DNA of 64,000 bases from Lama glama (taxonomy: Eukaryota): contig CM052816.1 of the NCBI GenBank assembly GCA_028534125.1, forward strand, positions 100,998,001 through 101,062,000, in the 5' to 3' direction. The notes beneath the pieces are model-generated. The model worked only from the letters and a program-made list of their open reading frames with translations. It ran no database searches and had not been told where the DNA came from. Position 1 is the first letter of the stretch, and the number at the start of each line of letters is the position of its first letter. Below, piece after piece: positions 50,701-62,919 of the stretch. Made by a program: the position numbers and the translations under genes.

Positions 50701-50771
50701 GGCGGGGCGGGGTGGGGCCGTGCAGGGTGGGGCGGGGCCGTGCGGGGCGGGGCGGGGCGGGGCGGGGTGGG
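50701..50771 (+). repeat. (GGGGY)n G-tract array with GC boxes, G-quadruplex-forming
   Basis: GGCGGGGCGGGGTGGGGCCGTGCAGGGTGGGGCGGGGCCGTGCGGGGCGGGGCGGGGCGGGGCGGGGTGGG. Confidence 0.9.
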
Positions 50772-51381
50772 CAGGCTCCCGGGGAGGTGGGCACAGGGAC
50801 ACGGGCACACACGCACCTGCCGTGCACTGAACTGGAGACACCGATGCCCCCGAGCTGCAGGGTCACAAACCACGTGACGTCTGACCCTCGGTGGGAGCGG
50901 CCCCTCCCCGGGGCGGCTGGTCCCCCCGATGAAACCCTGCTCCCCAGCACTCCCGGTGAATGGGTTTGCCTTTCTTCCATTTCACCTCAGAAACAGTTCT
51001 TGCCGTTTTTCTGCCTCGAGGTGAACTGGCAGACGGCCATGCCACTTACTTTCTTCCGCAAATACTCCAGTGTGTGTGTTTATTCCGAAGATTGTTTCAG
51101 AGAGAGAAAGAAAACATCCCTACCTTTGCCTCCTCGCCCGGGGAAGCCGCCCCCACCCCCCAGGCACCACTCTGCTGAGCCCCGGGGGGGCGCTGGGCAG
51201 TGACACCCACCTCAGTGTAGGCGGGCTGGTCCCCTGGTGTGGAGCCCGCGCTGCGCACCCGGCGTGCATCTGAGCACAAGCCCCGCCACCCCTCCCGGGC
51301 AGTGGCCGCAGGACCCGGCCTTCCTCCCGCCTGCTTTCCCAGCGCTGTCCTGGGAGAGCAGTGAGAGCACACCCTGTTCCC

Positions 51382-51740
51382 TGTCCTGGGGGTGAGCGTC
51401 CCGACTCACGCCCTCCTAGAACCTCTGATTGGACCCTATCTGGAAATCAGTCTTTGCAGGTGTAACTAGCTAAGACAAGGCCATTCTAAACCCAAGGACA
51501 GGTGTCCTTACAAGGTGGCCACGTGGAGACAAAGAGGTGGGGAGGGGCGGCAGAGACGGGGGACCACCAGCCCAGGAGCTCCAAGGACTGTGGGCACCTC
51601 CAGAAGCTGGGGGGGCTGGAAACACCACTGGCTCGGCCCTTGGGGGGATCGAGGCCCCGAGAGGCCCTGGAACCCCATGACTCAGCCTCCCTGAGACTGA
51701 GTGAAGCACCAGCCACAGGAAACAGCACGTTTCTGCCTGG
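51382..51740 (+). mobile_element. MLT1-like MaLR solo LTR (degenerate)
   Basis: ACCCTATCTGGAAATCAGTCTTTGCAGGTGTAACTAGCTAAGA...GGTGTCCTTACAAG...CCAAGGACTGTGGGCACCTCCAGAAGCTGG. Confidence 0.7.
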
Positions 51741-53039
51741 ACTCCCAGACTCACTGCCCCCCCCCCACCCGTAGATACTTTTCAAGACCCCCAGAGGAGG
51801 CCTGAAGCCACAGACGGCGCCCCGCCCCACGTTGCTGTGTTTTCCTGCACACACGCTTATATGCTGGGGCCACTGCTAGGCAAAACCAGAGTCACCTGAA
51901 CACAAGCATCGCCGTACCGAGACACCAGAGCTGCCGACCGAGAAGCGGCAAGTGACTCCGGGTGGACACGCGGGCACAGGGCTGACTCTCGTGGGCGGGA
52001 CGGGACGGGGCAGGAGATGGGAGACCGCATCGCGCTGCTCAGGATGCCTGGAAATGCATCACTTACGAATTACCTCTGAAAGTACCCACTTAGTACTTTC
52101 AGAAGGAAGTTGGCAGCAGGTGACTGAAGCCGGGAGAAGGGGCCCTGCACCCATGACAGCCACCTGAGGGCTGACGTGAGTCACCAGCTCACTGCAGGAT
52201 GGGGAACCAGATCAAACATCTGCCATAAAACCAGGGAACCGCTGCGCACGTACAGGTGAAGCCCTCCCAGGAGCCCCCGCCCCTCGTTCTGGCCCAGTGG
52301 GACCCAGCATGGCCAGGCAGAGGGGGCGGCCTGGGCCCCCCAGGACAGCACTGAGCTCGCCCCCATGTCAGTGACCTCAGCGCCCCGGGCGAGGCCCTGA
52401 CCCACCTGGCCTCGCGCAGGTGCCGTGGGTGCGCACACCTGGACTGGCCGGGGCGGACTCTGGTCATCAGCCATCTGCACGCTTGGGGCTGAGGTCAGGG
52501 TGGATCCCTGACCTCACACCCCTCACATGGCAGAGCCCGCTGCAACTCCTTCGTACCTGCGGGCCAAACACGACATGGGGGGCAGGCCCAGCCTGGCTCA
52601 TGGGAAAGTGCACTTGACTCCTGACAGCCCGCTGCCCGCCTACCATCCCTGCTCACTCACCCCCCAGAGCGACCCTGCAGGTGGACCCAACTGGGTAGGC
52701 AGAGGCAGGGCCTGGAAGCCCAGGGATTGCGCAAGGGGGACGTCACGCGGACCCGCTCCTGCTCATTGCTTGGGGGGGGGGAGCAGCAGAAGCAATCAGG
52801 TCCCCAGCCCTGGGCGCAGCGGCTGACCCCTCCCACCCACATGGGACCCATGGGGGGACGGAGGACCTTCCCAGAGGGTTCTAAGGGAGGAGGGTAGGTG
52901 GTGAAGCCCGGTGATCCTCACGTGTGAAGGCAGCCGCTGACACCGACTGCAACTGGTGTGTTAAGAATTTTTTAATCTAATGAGCTGCCATCATGTGTCC
53001 CAGTATTCACCTGACTTTCCTGTTTTGAAGAAAAATCAA

Positions 53040-53620
53040 CTTGTTTTACAGGGAAAAGAGAATGAAAACACAAATTCTTTCAAGCAAAGGAGAAAGAGAA
53101 GCACAAAAGTGCTGGGACAGATAGGACAGAACGAGGCGGTGGATTTGAACCTCAACACGTCAGCCGTTACATGACGTAAAAATGGACTGAACTCTCCAGC
53201 TGGGAGACAGGATTTTAAACTGGATAAAAACCAGGTGTGTTTGGTGTACAATATACCAAGTATATTGTATGTTGGAGACAAAAGCATAAACATACATTAA
53301 AGTTGCGAAGGACTAAAACAAAAAAACCATGAAAATACTTAATGAAGTCGGTGCAGCCAAACGACGCACCAGCAGAGGAGACTCAAGGCAGGATGTCTTG
53401 TTCGAGACGAAAACGACTCACACTCGTGAGAGGCTCGTGCCGGGCGCAGGTGAGTCACAGAACCAAGAGCACAGCCTCCATCACGGAGGGGAGCGTAGAC
53501 ACCCCGCAGCTTCGTGCCAGCAACGTTGAAAACTTAGGTAAAACAGTGAAATTCTAGGGGAAAAAACCACCAGCTACCAAAACCAGCTCGAGAAGAAAGC
53601 GGAGCCCTGAACCACCACGG
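53040..53620 (+). mobile_element. Ancient L1M ORF2 remnants (endonuclease start plus a downstream block)
   Basis: GTAAAAATGGACTGAACTCTCCAG...ACTGGATAAAAA and TTGAAAACTTAGGTAAAA...CTACCAAAACCAGCTCGAGAAGAAA. Confidence 0.6.
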
Positions 53621-54802
53621 GAGCCAGAGCCGCAGCCGGTCTGCCCACAGCTGGCCAGGCCAGGCCCAGAGGACTTCCCGGGGTTCTTGATCAGAAAATG
53701 GGGGCCCCCCCCAACTGCAGGTGAGCACGACCCTGGCGCCAAGACCTCAGGACAGACAGAGGGGACAGCACAGGGAAGGGTCTGGGCTCCCCCGGGAAAG
53801 CAGAGGTTCACTTTAGAGCCATCAGTGCAGTTCACCCCGTCAGGCGCTTACAGGAAAAAGCACCGAGTCCCAGAGGTGAAGGCAAAGCACCGGGCAAAAG
53901 CCGACACCCACGTGAGGCTAGACCCTGCGCAGGTCACAGGCAGAAGGACCCCAGCAGCCCGGGGCTCGGCCTGGCCCTCCCACCGGCCGCCGTGCCGTCT
54001 GGCCCAGGTTCCGAGGCCTCCCTGTGTGCGGGACCTGTCACCCAACCCCACGTACTCCCTGCACCCACTTCCAGCCACGCCCCCTCAGCGGCCCCTTCCC
54101 ACTCAGACACGTTCTCAGTGCTTGAAATCATCACGCACCCACTGCCCTGGTTAGGCTGACGGGCTCTCACCTACTCCAGGCTCCCCCAGCACCACCCCCC
54201 AGCCCCACCGAGACCCCAGGATGCCCATCCCCACCTCCCTCTCCGAGCCCCCACCTCCCAGACCACTCGCAGGGCCAGCCCAGGCCCACCGCCGGACCGC
54301 CCAGCCCTGCAGCTCCCACCCGAGGAGCTGGGGCTGTGCCCACTGTGCGCACCAGCCCACGGAGCTGCGCGGCCCCACTCACCACCTCCCCTAGGGGCTG
54401 CCTGGAGCCAGGAGCGGCCCCCGAATCCTCCCCGCCACAGAGATGGCCCTCCCTGACGGGTGACCGCCACTGTAGCCACGCCCAGGACTCCTGACGGTGG
54501 GCACTGTCGTCCGGCTCCCAGGCCTGACCACGGAGCACCAGGCGCCCCTCTGGTAGCTCCCACTGTGGTTCTGTTCTTTCATCCAGAAGCTTAAATGGGT
54601 TTCTCTTCTCCAAAGTTGAGAGTTTCACCACCTCATCTCCAATAATCAGAACTCACCACGTGTGTCCCCTCTCACTGTGCCCCTGTGACCCAGCCAGAGG
54701 CTCCCCTCAGCCCAGGCCTCCGCTCTGGGGAGACCCCTCGGCCTGTCATCACCTTCCCCCTGATTCGCAGCCAAGCCTCCTCCCTCTTTCTTCAGTCTTA
54801 CT

Positions 54803-54808
54803 TTTATT
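54803..54808 (-). terminator. Probable NDUFS6 polyadenylation signal AATAAA
   Basis: First AATAAA I see on the minus strand after the stop (~380 nt downstream), in an AT-rich patch. Confidence 0.55.
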
Positions 54809-55189
54809 TTTGTTTTACAATACATCATAATTATTACTCTTTAAAATATTCAGACTGTACTTAACCCGGCCCACGTGTGACCCACCACCACCTTCAAATG
54901 GATACTGAACTTCCTGGGACTGAAGACGCTGGACCATCCATCAGACGGAAGGAAAGTGTGACCGCAGGTCGGAGACGGGCCAGGAGCTCCAGCCTCGCGT
55001 GGCCATGGCACCCTCCCCGCAGCCCAGAAGCACCCGGTGGGACCCCAGAGGGGACAGGACTGCAGAGGGGACCTGCTCCAAGCCCCCCTCCTAGGTGAAT
55101 GTGCGACTTCCGAGCCTTCGGGGAGAGCTGAGCCGTGCGCGGCCGTCCAGGAGAGCGCCCCCTTGGCCGGCCCGCCGCGCCGCGCCGCC

Positions 55190-55255
55190 CTAGTGGTGGT
55201 GCTGTCTGAACTGCAGGCCACAGTAGCCGCACGTCCCTGTCTTTGTTTCTTTGTC
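55190..55255 (-). CDS. NDUFS6: NDUFS6 exon 4 coding part ([21 protein letters not shown])
   Basis: Acceptor TTTGAATTTTTTAG|GAC, CxxC zinc ligands, TAG at 55192-55190. Confidence 0.97.
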   Translation of the reverse strand, partial: DKETKTGTCGYCGLQFRQHHH

Positions 55256-58200
55256 CTAAAAAATTCAAAAGGAAAGAGTTCCTGTTTAAGTTCCACTTCA
55301 AATCTAGACAGGTGTAGACTTCAGACCACAGAAGTACACACCACCACCGAGGGGTGCTGGGGCAGCTCTGAGCTCACTGCCAAATGCCGGGCGTGCGTGG
55401 CTGTGCCAGGGGTCCCGGGCTCCACCCGACTTGCTGGGGCACAGGCTCCTCGCCCGGGAACATGCAGTCGCCTCCAGCGATGCCGCAAGGACAGAAAAGT
55501 GTCAGCACGAAGCCACTGCCGGCCCCGCGGCTGAGTCCTTGTCCACCCTCCCAGCCCACGAGGCAGGCTGCACCCTGGAAGGACTGGAGGGCAGGGTGCC
55601 GAGCAGAGGCCCACCCGCAGGGCTGGCGTCCAGCCTGGACTCAGCAGAAGGGGCGGCGGTGGGTCCTGCCGACAGCCTCCCCTCCCCGCCCGCACGCGGG
55701 TGTTACCGCGCGGGGCCTCCTCGGCCCCAGCCCTGCGTGCGGCTCTCCAAGGCTCCATGTGTGCATCCCTCAGGGACATAAACACAGGCGCGGAGGCAAG
55801 GGTTCCTGGGGAAAGACACACCCCATGTGTTTGGGAGGAAGGTGGCGCAGCGCTGGTGACACTAAGGGCATCACACATGGGTCAGACAAGAGGTGCCCTG
55901 GACACCGTGGCTCAGTCCCTATCGTTCACGCGGTCTGCGCCAAGGCCAGGTGGGAGAGTGCCATGGAGGGTGGGCAGGACAGGACAGGTCGGGCCGGGGG
56001 TGGGCGGTGCATTACCAGGTTTATGTAAACTCGCGGATGGCCCAGGGCGCCCCCGCCGCCGTCACACGATATGACTCGACTTCCGACTTCGCTCACAGGC
56101 TGCTCTGCTATCAGATCGATGGCAAAGTTCTCATTCACCTGGAGCAAGAGAGACAGAAAAGCCTGTACAGACAAGTGCAGAAACTGGACACGTGCACGGA
56201 GTTTAAAGTCACGCAGGCAGCACCCACGGACGTTCGCACACTCCCGGCAAGGGCACAGACCGCTCGACTTAAGCATCATCACCGTGCATCTCCCAGGCAC
56301 ACAGCAACTTAACACACGTGCGCAGTTGCTTTTCAGTTGGCTATAATTTCAAACTCACAGAAAAGTTGCAAGAACTACAAGAACAGGAAATTCTCACCTG
56401 CCTTTTGACTGGATTCGCGGATACTAACATCCCACCCCACTGGCCGTGTCAGCTGTTCCCCACCCCTCATCTGCTGGAAAAGGGTAGAGGCAGCGACTAG
56501 CCCCAGGGCAGGGAGCCCCGCCTCTCCCACTCACTCTGACGGGACAGGGCTCTGAACACTCAGCTGGTTCTGGGCCCCAAGCAGGACACGTGACAGGTGA
56601 GCCTGAGCCACGCTGTGCTGGGGGAGGAAGCCCCGGACCCCCACGGCTGCTCCACATGGGGTGACAGACGAGGCACCTGAGAAGCGAGGGTCCTGGGGGC
56701 AAGGGCTCCTGGATGCGAGGGCACCTGGGCCCGGGGGCTCCTGAGGGACAAGGGAACCATGACTGCAAAGGCCCGAAACACAACACGATTACATCCATGG
56801 TCCCCAGAGAGGTTTTTAAACCATTTGCTTCCTTACTGCAGGGAATCAACGCATTATTTTCAAGGTGGTAAATGAAGGGAAAGAAGGGAGATCTTGGCCG
56901 CCTTCGGCGGGGAGCCAGTCCCGCCCCGCACCAGCGCTCACACTAAGAGCAGGGAGAGCATCGACCCTCCCGCCAGAGCTGCGGACCCGGAGACGCTCGC
57001 CCACAGCAGAGGAACCGGAACCAGAGCCAGGAGTGCCCAGGCACGGGCCCATGGGCCCGCCGCCACCGCAGCAGCTCCCCGCTAGGGAGCTGCTGCTGGC
57101 TCCCAACCAGCTGCCCCCTCCAGAGGGCAGGGCCGCCGGGAGAGGGGGCCGCGGCCAGGCCACTGTGGGCCCCGGACGACAGGGCCCCCCCAGGCGGGGG
57201 GAAGGACGTGTGGGCGCCTGCAGGTTAAGAGAAACTGAGCACTCTGACAACCACAATGCGCAGAACTCATTTGGATTCTGAGTCCAACAAGCTGCAAAAT
57301 CATTAAAAATATGACACGATTGGGACTATTTATCACCACCAAGATACTTAATTTCAAGGAACCATGGTAAGTTCGGGTGTGGCGCTGCCGCTGCAGACAT
57401 GACACCTTCTGGGGGTGCGCCCTGGTGGGTTTCGGACCCGAGGACACCGCGTCCCAGCCCGGCTTCAGGACGGGCAGGGGGTTGCCGGGAGCACCCTGGC
57501 CGCGAGCACTGGGACTGACCAGGCACCTGGGGGGAGGCCGCCGCACAATTCCCCCCACTGCACGCAGCTTCACTTTTGCAAAAGTTGTAAAGCAGCCATT
57601 CGAGCATCCTGACTTGGCAAACAGTTCATCTCACGACCCCCTACTGGGCTCAACGCGAAAAGCTGGACAGGGGACACGCCTGGAGTCGGCCTCGGTGGGC
57701 ACGGGGGAGGCAGCACTAACGTGGTGCCCTGAGCACCTGGGGCACAGGACAGAGCTGACGGGCCCACACGGTCCCGGCTGCGCCTCGGAGCCCAGTCAGG
57801 AGCCCACCCCCACGCCCAGCCGGCCCTGCACCCCAGGTGCTCCACAGTCCCGTGAGGAAAACCCGGCACCCCTCCCTGCCCCGGCCTCTCCCTTTGAAAG
57901 TGCCTGCAGTGGCCGCCGGGTCAGCAGCCAAGGTCTGTGTCCCAGAGCCGGGCTCCAAGGGTTACCCACCCGCCGGCACCTCTGAAAGCCCAGCGTCTCC
58001 TCCACACCATCAACCCACCCAGGACGGAAAACAGCAAGACCACATCTTGAAGGTCACACATCTCTGGTGGCCAGAGGGCCATGGGATTGGGACACAGTGA
58101 CAGAGGACAAATCCAGTCAGGGTGGGACCCCCGTCCCCTTGCAGACGCCCCTGGAGACAACACATCGACGGGAGAGATGGCTGGACGCAGAGGAGACACT

Positions 58201-61200
58201 CGCGTGTAAACGCCACCTGAGGTGAATGATCTCAGTATCTGTCCATCACACGGGTGAGAAGGGCTGTGCCAGGTGGGTCCTGGAGGGCCAGGGCCGCCCA
58301 CCCTGCAGGCCCAGAATCCCACCTGCAGAGAGAGGCTCAACGCTGCAGCGAAGAGGAGGAAACAAGAGAGTCAGCACAGACCAATCTCTACAAATAAGGG
58401 GGGCAGGGGGAGACCATGCAGTTTTAATAACATTTGAAACAAGGACGAGCAGTCAGTCTGGCAGCTGTTTCTCAGGGGCCCGCCGGCTCCGTCCGTCCAG
58501 GAGCACGGTCCCGAGCAGAGTCCCTCACTCACAAGGCGATGCGGGCCCCCCCCTTCCAGCTGACGTCCTGAGCCCACAGAACGTGGGCGACACCCTTGTT
58601 CTCAGAAAGCCTTGCCAACCACAGATGACACTTCTGTAAGGCTTCTCCTTAGATTTCTATTTGCAGAGGCAGCAGGGAGCTACCCAAAGTGCAGCTCCGC
58701 CAGGACACACCGGCCACGCCGTCAGGCGCTGTTAAGTTTACCAGCCCTGAACCAGCCCTGCGATGACGGCTCTGGGCGGGTGACGTCCTCCCCGCCTCTG
58801 CCACACGAAGCCATGTGCCACTCCAGTGAAGCCTCAGCGTAAATGATACACAGTCTCCCCGAGTGACAAACGCGTCACAAAGGCCACACTAACCAGCTCC
58901 CAGGCCCATCACAGGTGTCTGACACCTTCAACTGACACAGGACAGCCCATCTCTCACGGCGGCAGCTCCCTGGCGACCTGACCCCAAACCCAGGATTAAC
59001 ATCTGTTCCTGAAACGGTGGGGATGCAAAGAGCCCCAGGCCCCTGAAAAGGCGGCTCAACTGTCCAGCTTCCTGCTCTCTTGTTCCTCAGACCACACGCA
59101 GGGGCACGCGTTTCTAAAACACAACTACACGGAACCGTAGGGGCAGTAAGATCAGCGGCTGTCAGGCACAGGCAGGCGGAGGCGGAGCACAGGGGAAGAC
59201 CCTGTGTGACTCCACAACATCGGATACAAGGCACTGTGCATTTGGCCAAATCCACAGAACGTGCGACACAGAGAGGGACCCACAGGTAAACCGCAGACTC
59301 GAGTTAATCGTGAAGTATCAATAGTCGGCAAGCATTCAAAGCTGTCAGTTGTAACAAAGGCAGCACATTCTGGCAAGATGTGCATGACAGGGAAACTGCG
59401 GGGGGAAGGGGGGCACGTGGGAATGCTACACACTCTGTGCAACTTGTCAGTACACCTAAAGGTCTTTTAAAACAATGCTCTCTTGGAAAACAAAAAACAA
59501 TTTTAAATACTACGAAACGCCACTTTTTGTTGTAAAAACAAGGGACAGAGCAGGGTGCCTAGTCATCGTGACAGACCCGCTGCACAATTTACAACACGGA
59601 CAAGTGTCCCCCGACACTCATGATCTGCCACAGGAAAAGGCCCCAGAAACCCTGGGTGGGGATGGGGTCAAGGGTTGCAGCGGTTCAGGACCGGAGTGAG
59701 CAGATAGTCACAGCAAGGGGACACCACCAGCACTGCCTCCTCCATTCAGCTGTCACTGGCCTCACTAGCTCTGATCTTAGATGTTTGGTTTGGTTGGTTT
59801 GGTATGAAGTTGCTCCCCCATTGTCCCCTGCAAGGACAATCAGAAGCCAGAAGCCAGAAGCCAAAGGGAGAGCTCCCAGCAGAGAGGAGTTTGTGACAGG
59901 CTGAGCTGGGAGCTGGGGCCCAGGCCGCAAGGCTGGCCCCAGGGCTTCAGGACCCCATCTGCCAGACAGAGCGCCAAACTCCTTCCCGCCACCCGCCCCG
60001 CCCCAGAGCACAGCCAAAGTGGGCCTGGAAGTAGGAACCGGACACAGGAACGGACGATGTAAGCGAGGTCCGAGGGGAGACCCGATTCAGGGACAGCTGA
60101 GAAGGGCGGGGTGGGGGTGGGGTGTGGACTCCCGAGCTGGCAGGCACGGGGGGAGGAAGCAGGAAGAGAGCAGGCTCCTGAGGCAGAAGGACCCCAGCGC
60201 CCAGCGGTCACACTGGTGTTTCAGGGAAGACCCACCCCGGGCCGTCTTCAGCTTGACCATTCAAGTCCCTGAAAGAACCAGTCTAATCTATGGGGTGTGA
60301 ACCACAGAAAACATACCTCCAAAAGTGACTGAAAGAGCAATTTTTAAAAGGAGTATAACTCACAGAAATGGAAAAAAGGTCACTCCCATTTATACACAAC
60401 CCACAACTATCCTTGCAAGGCGTCACGCTGCGTATTTTAGGGGAACAAAACAGAAACAGACATGTTTAACGTTTAGAAGAAACGCAGAATTCCAGAGCTC
60501 CTGAACTGCTCACAACCTGAATTTACTTAAAATTCACATATTAATTTTCATGTCTTGTTGGTTACATAAGTTTTATGAGCTCACCTCTCTCTTACATCTT
60601 TTACGTACCTCTTTCTGGCGACCTACAAATCGAACTTTCCTATAGTCTTCATCCTCATAAACCTGCAAAGAAAAAGACAGTGTGTGACTTTTACTGCCCA
60701 GTTCTGTATCTTACATCAATCATAAACCTCACAGGAAAAGTGTTGTCTTAATGGTTAAGCCGTTCAGGATCACACACACGGGGCGTGAGTGTAGCATTTT
60801 ACAGCAGGATTCCTAAGAGGACAACAGGCAGTAATGCGAACCGGAAGGAGGGGGGGGGCAAGTAGAGGAGAGAGCAGCTCAGGGGAGGGGGGCACCCCAA
60901 CCTCCAAGCAGGCAGGGCCCAGAGCTTCCTCCTCTCTGAATCTGCCGGGTGATGTCTTGACAACGTAGGAACTCACTCTCTCATCTTTCAGCTTATAATT
61001 ATCGTCTACCTCTGTTTTTGTAGTTTAGGGTACAGCAGACCCCGAGTTGTAAAAATGTGGTATTTAATACTGCACAAACATTAGAAGACTTGACCCTTAC
61101 AATCGGCACTTTCTGACTCCGGCGGCAGCCTGCCCACAGTAACCAAGGAGCTACCCCGGGGAACAGCCTCGTTTTACAGTCGCAGAAGCTCTAGGACCAG

Positions 61201-61600
61201 ACCCTACAGTAGCTGCGAACACGCCGTGCACGCCTGAGCCCCTCGGTACCCCTGCGGGGGCTGGGCCGGGAGCAATGCGGGGCGGGACACCGGAGACTGG
61301 ACCGCGGGCGCTGGGCCTGGGGCGTCAGGGACACTGGGGGAAGGGACTGTGCGGCCTGGGGCCCCGGGAAGCTGGACCGCGGGGGGACACGGGGGACCAG
61401 GGACACGGGGTACTGGACCGCGGGATCTGGGGGCCCACTTGGGCGCCCCTCCGCGCCGCGGCGGTTACCTGGCCGGTATGCGTGACCTTCTCCCCGGACG
61501 GCGAGGTCCGCACCCCGAAGCACCTGGCGCCCCTGGGCAGGCTCCGCGCCGCCGCGCCACCCCGGCCCAGCAGCCGGAGGAAGGTCACCGCCGCCGCCAT
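55190..61600 (-). CDS. NDUFS6: NADH:ubiquinone oxidoreductase subunit S6 (complex I 13 kDa-A), spliced CDS join(complement 61469-61600, 60609-60662, 56016-56138, 55190-55255), 124 aa
   Basis: The four exons (132+54+123+66 = 375 nt) all have GT-AG phase-0 introns. They join to [44 protein letters not shown]|[18 protein letters not shown]|[41 protein letters not shown]|[21 protein letters not shown]. The protein has a mitochondrial presequence and the zf-CHCC motif ([11 protein letters not shown]...CGYC). Confidence 0.97.
56016..56138 (-). CDS. NDUFS6: NDUFS6 exon 3 (VNENFAIDL...GHPRVYINL)
   Basis: Acceptor CTCTCTTGCTCCAG|GTG and donor CTG|GTAATG. Length 123 nt. Confidence 0.97.
56335..56460 (-). 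mobile_element. L1MC4/5-like 3' end in NDUFS6 intron 2
   Basis: ATAATTTCAAACTCACAGAAAAGTTGCAAGAA. Confidence 0.65.
59150..59475 (+). mobile_element. L1MC-like 3' end in NDUFS6 intron 2
   Basis: GCATTTGGCCAAATCCACAGAACGTGCGACACAGAGAG...CAGTTGTAACAAAGGCAGCACATTCTGGCAAGATGT. Confidence 0.7.
60609..60662 (-). CDS. NDUFS6: NDUFS6 exon 2 ([18 protein letters not shown])
   Basis: Acceptor TCTTTTTCTTTGCAG|GTT and donor GAG|GTACGT. Length 54 nt. Confidence 0.96.
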
Positions 61601-61800
61601 GTTGCCGGCTGACCTTCGACCCCGCGCGCCGACGCGCCGAGCGCCGACGCATGCGCACGGCTTCCGCAGGGCCGGCTTGGTCGGGACTTATCTCGCCCTT
61701 GGGAGGAGCGCAGGCGCAGTGCGGTTAGGCAGGTGCGGCGGACAGGTGCAGCGGCGGGCGGGGGCTCAGCCCGGCGGGGTAAGGCGGAAAGCTGCGAGCA
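61150..61800. promoter_or_regulatory. CpG island / NDUFS6 promoter (probably bidirectional)
   Basis: Dense CpG around exon 1. NRF1-like TGCGCATGCGTC (minus, 61646-61657), ETS/GABP-like CTTCCG (61661), and a second NRF1-like GCGCAGGCGCA (~61708). Confidence 0.8.
61469..61600 (-). CDS. NDUFS6: NDUFS6 coding exon 1 (presequence through VTHTGQ)
   Basis: ATG at 61600 in context AACATGG. Donor CAG|GTAACC follows 61469. Confidence 0.97.
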
Positions 61801-62539
61801 AAGTTAGCACTTAGTGACTGCTCCACTTACCAGGGGCAGGCGGGGGAACATGGATACGGAAGATGCAATGCTTGCATTCGATGGTAATCGATAAATCATG
61901 TGGGGGTTACATAGCGAATGTTGGTGAATATTGAAGAAGGGTCCTTGCTTAGAGAGGAAGTTGGAAGTACATCATGTTACGCGGTGCGCTTTTTTGTGTG
62001 CCCGCGGGGATGACCTGTTTTGGGGTTTCTGCAGCAGAGCCCAATGCAACTACCAGTAAGGCACAGTCAATGGTATCCCCATGCAGGTCAGCCCCGAAAG
62101 GCCTGCTGCTCTGGAGCACAAACAGGCAGGACCTCGGCTCAGGGTTACGGCCTTGCTTCTCTCCTGCTTCTCATGGCCTCCTCCAAACCGCCTGTGCACA
62201 GACCCGTCGAGAGGGTCAGCTTACACCGCCAGGCCGACCAAGGGCGAGGATGATGGGCGCAGGGGACAGTTCTAGAGCTGGGGTAGGGTCACGCACCCCA
62301 CTCCTCAGAAGCTGAGGGCATCCACAGCTTGGACTCTGGGGAGGTGGAGAAGCCGACGAGGCGATGAGGCTACAGTGCACAGAATACCTCCCGGAACGGA
62401 AAGGTATGCCCAGATCGGTGCTCAGAGGCAGGCCCGAGCTCACCTGGGCAGGTGCCACAGCGCTCTGACAAGTCAGCAGTGCGCCTTGCAATGCCATGGA
62501 GCCGCGCAGGTGAACTCCGTCTGCAGCTCACCTTCGTGT

Positions 62540-62700
62540 GCATGGAGAGTAGATGTGTCCACGCGGACCCATCGCGGAAAGGCACGTGCGGCAGTATCAT
62601 CATGGAATCTGGGCAGTGAGTACCTGGGGGTTCGCCATAAATGTCCTTCAACTTTTCTCCATGTTGGACAGTTTTCATAAAATGTTGGAGGAAAAAAAAT
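62540..62700 (+). mobile_element. Old L1 (L1MC4/L1ME-like) 3' end between the two promoters
   Basis: GAATCTGGGCAGTGAGTACCTGGGGGTTCGCCATAAATGTCCTTCAACTTTTCT...TTTTCATAAAATGTTGGAGGAAAAAAAA. Confidence 0.65.
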
Positions 62701-62919
62701 TAATTGCAACCGGTTTGGATCAGGGCCTATTTCCACGTGTTTTCCTGAGCGTCGCCACATTTCTCCCAGGATGTCCACTTAATACAAGCATTTGGTTTTT
62801 CTAGATTTGTTCTGACGTTGCTATTTATCAGTTTTTAAAACGTCTACTTGGTTGTGACTTCTTTTTCATTCTAGATACCTACTTTAATTCTCATTTTTGC
62901 ACCCCTCCCCCCTCCCGGG

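Noticed and set aside
1-54700. Hundreds of 60-380 aa ORFs (e.g. 1428-2483, 5534-6493, 44609-45562, 47559-48503, 49082-50227)
   Set aside because: They are Pro/Gly/Ala/Arg-rich, overlap in all frames, have no recognisable domains and often start at non-ATG codons. This is expected from stop-codon scarcity in GC-rich DNA.
61325-61468. Read-through of NDUFS6 exon 1 (91-aa ORF)
   Set aside because: It is intron 1 sequence after a canonical donor.
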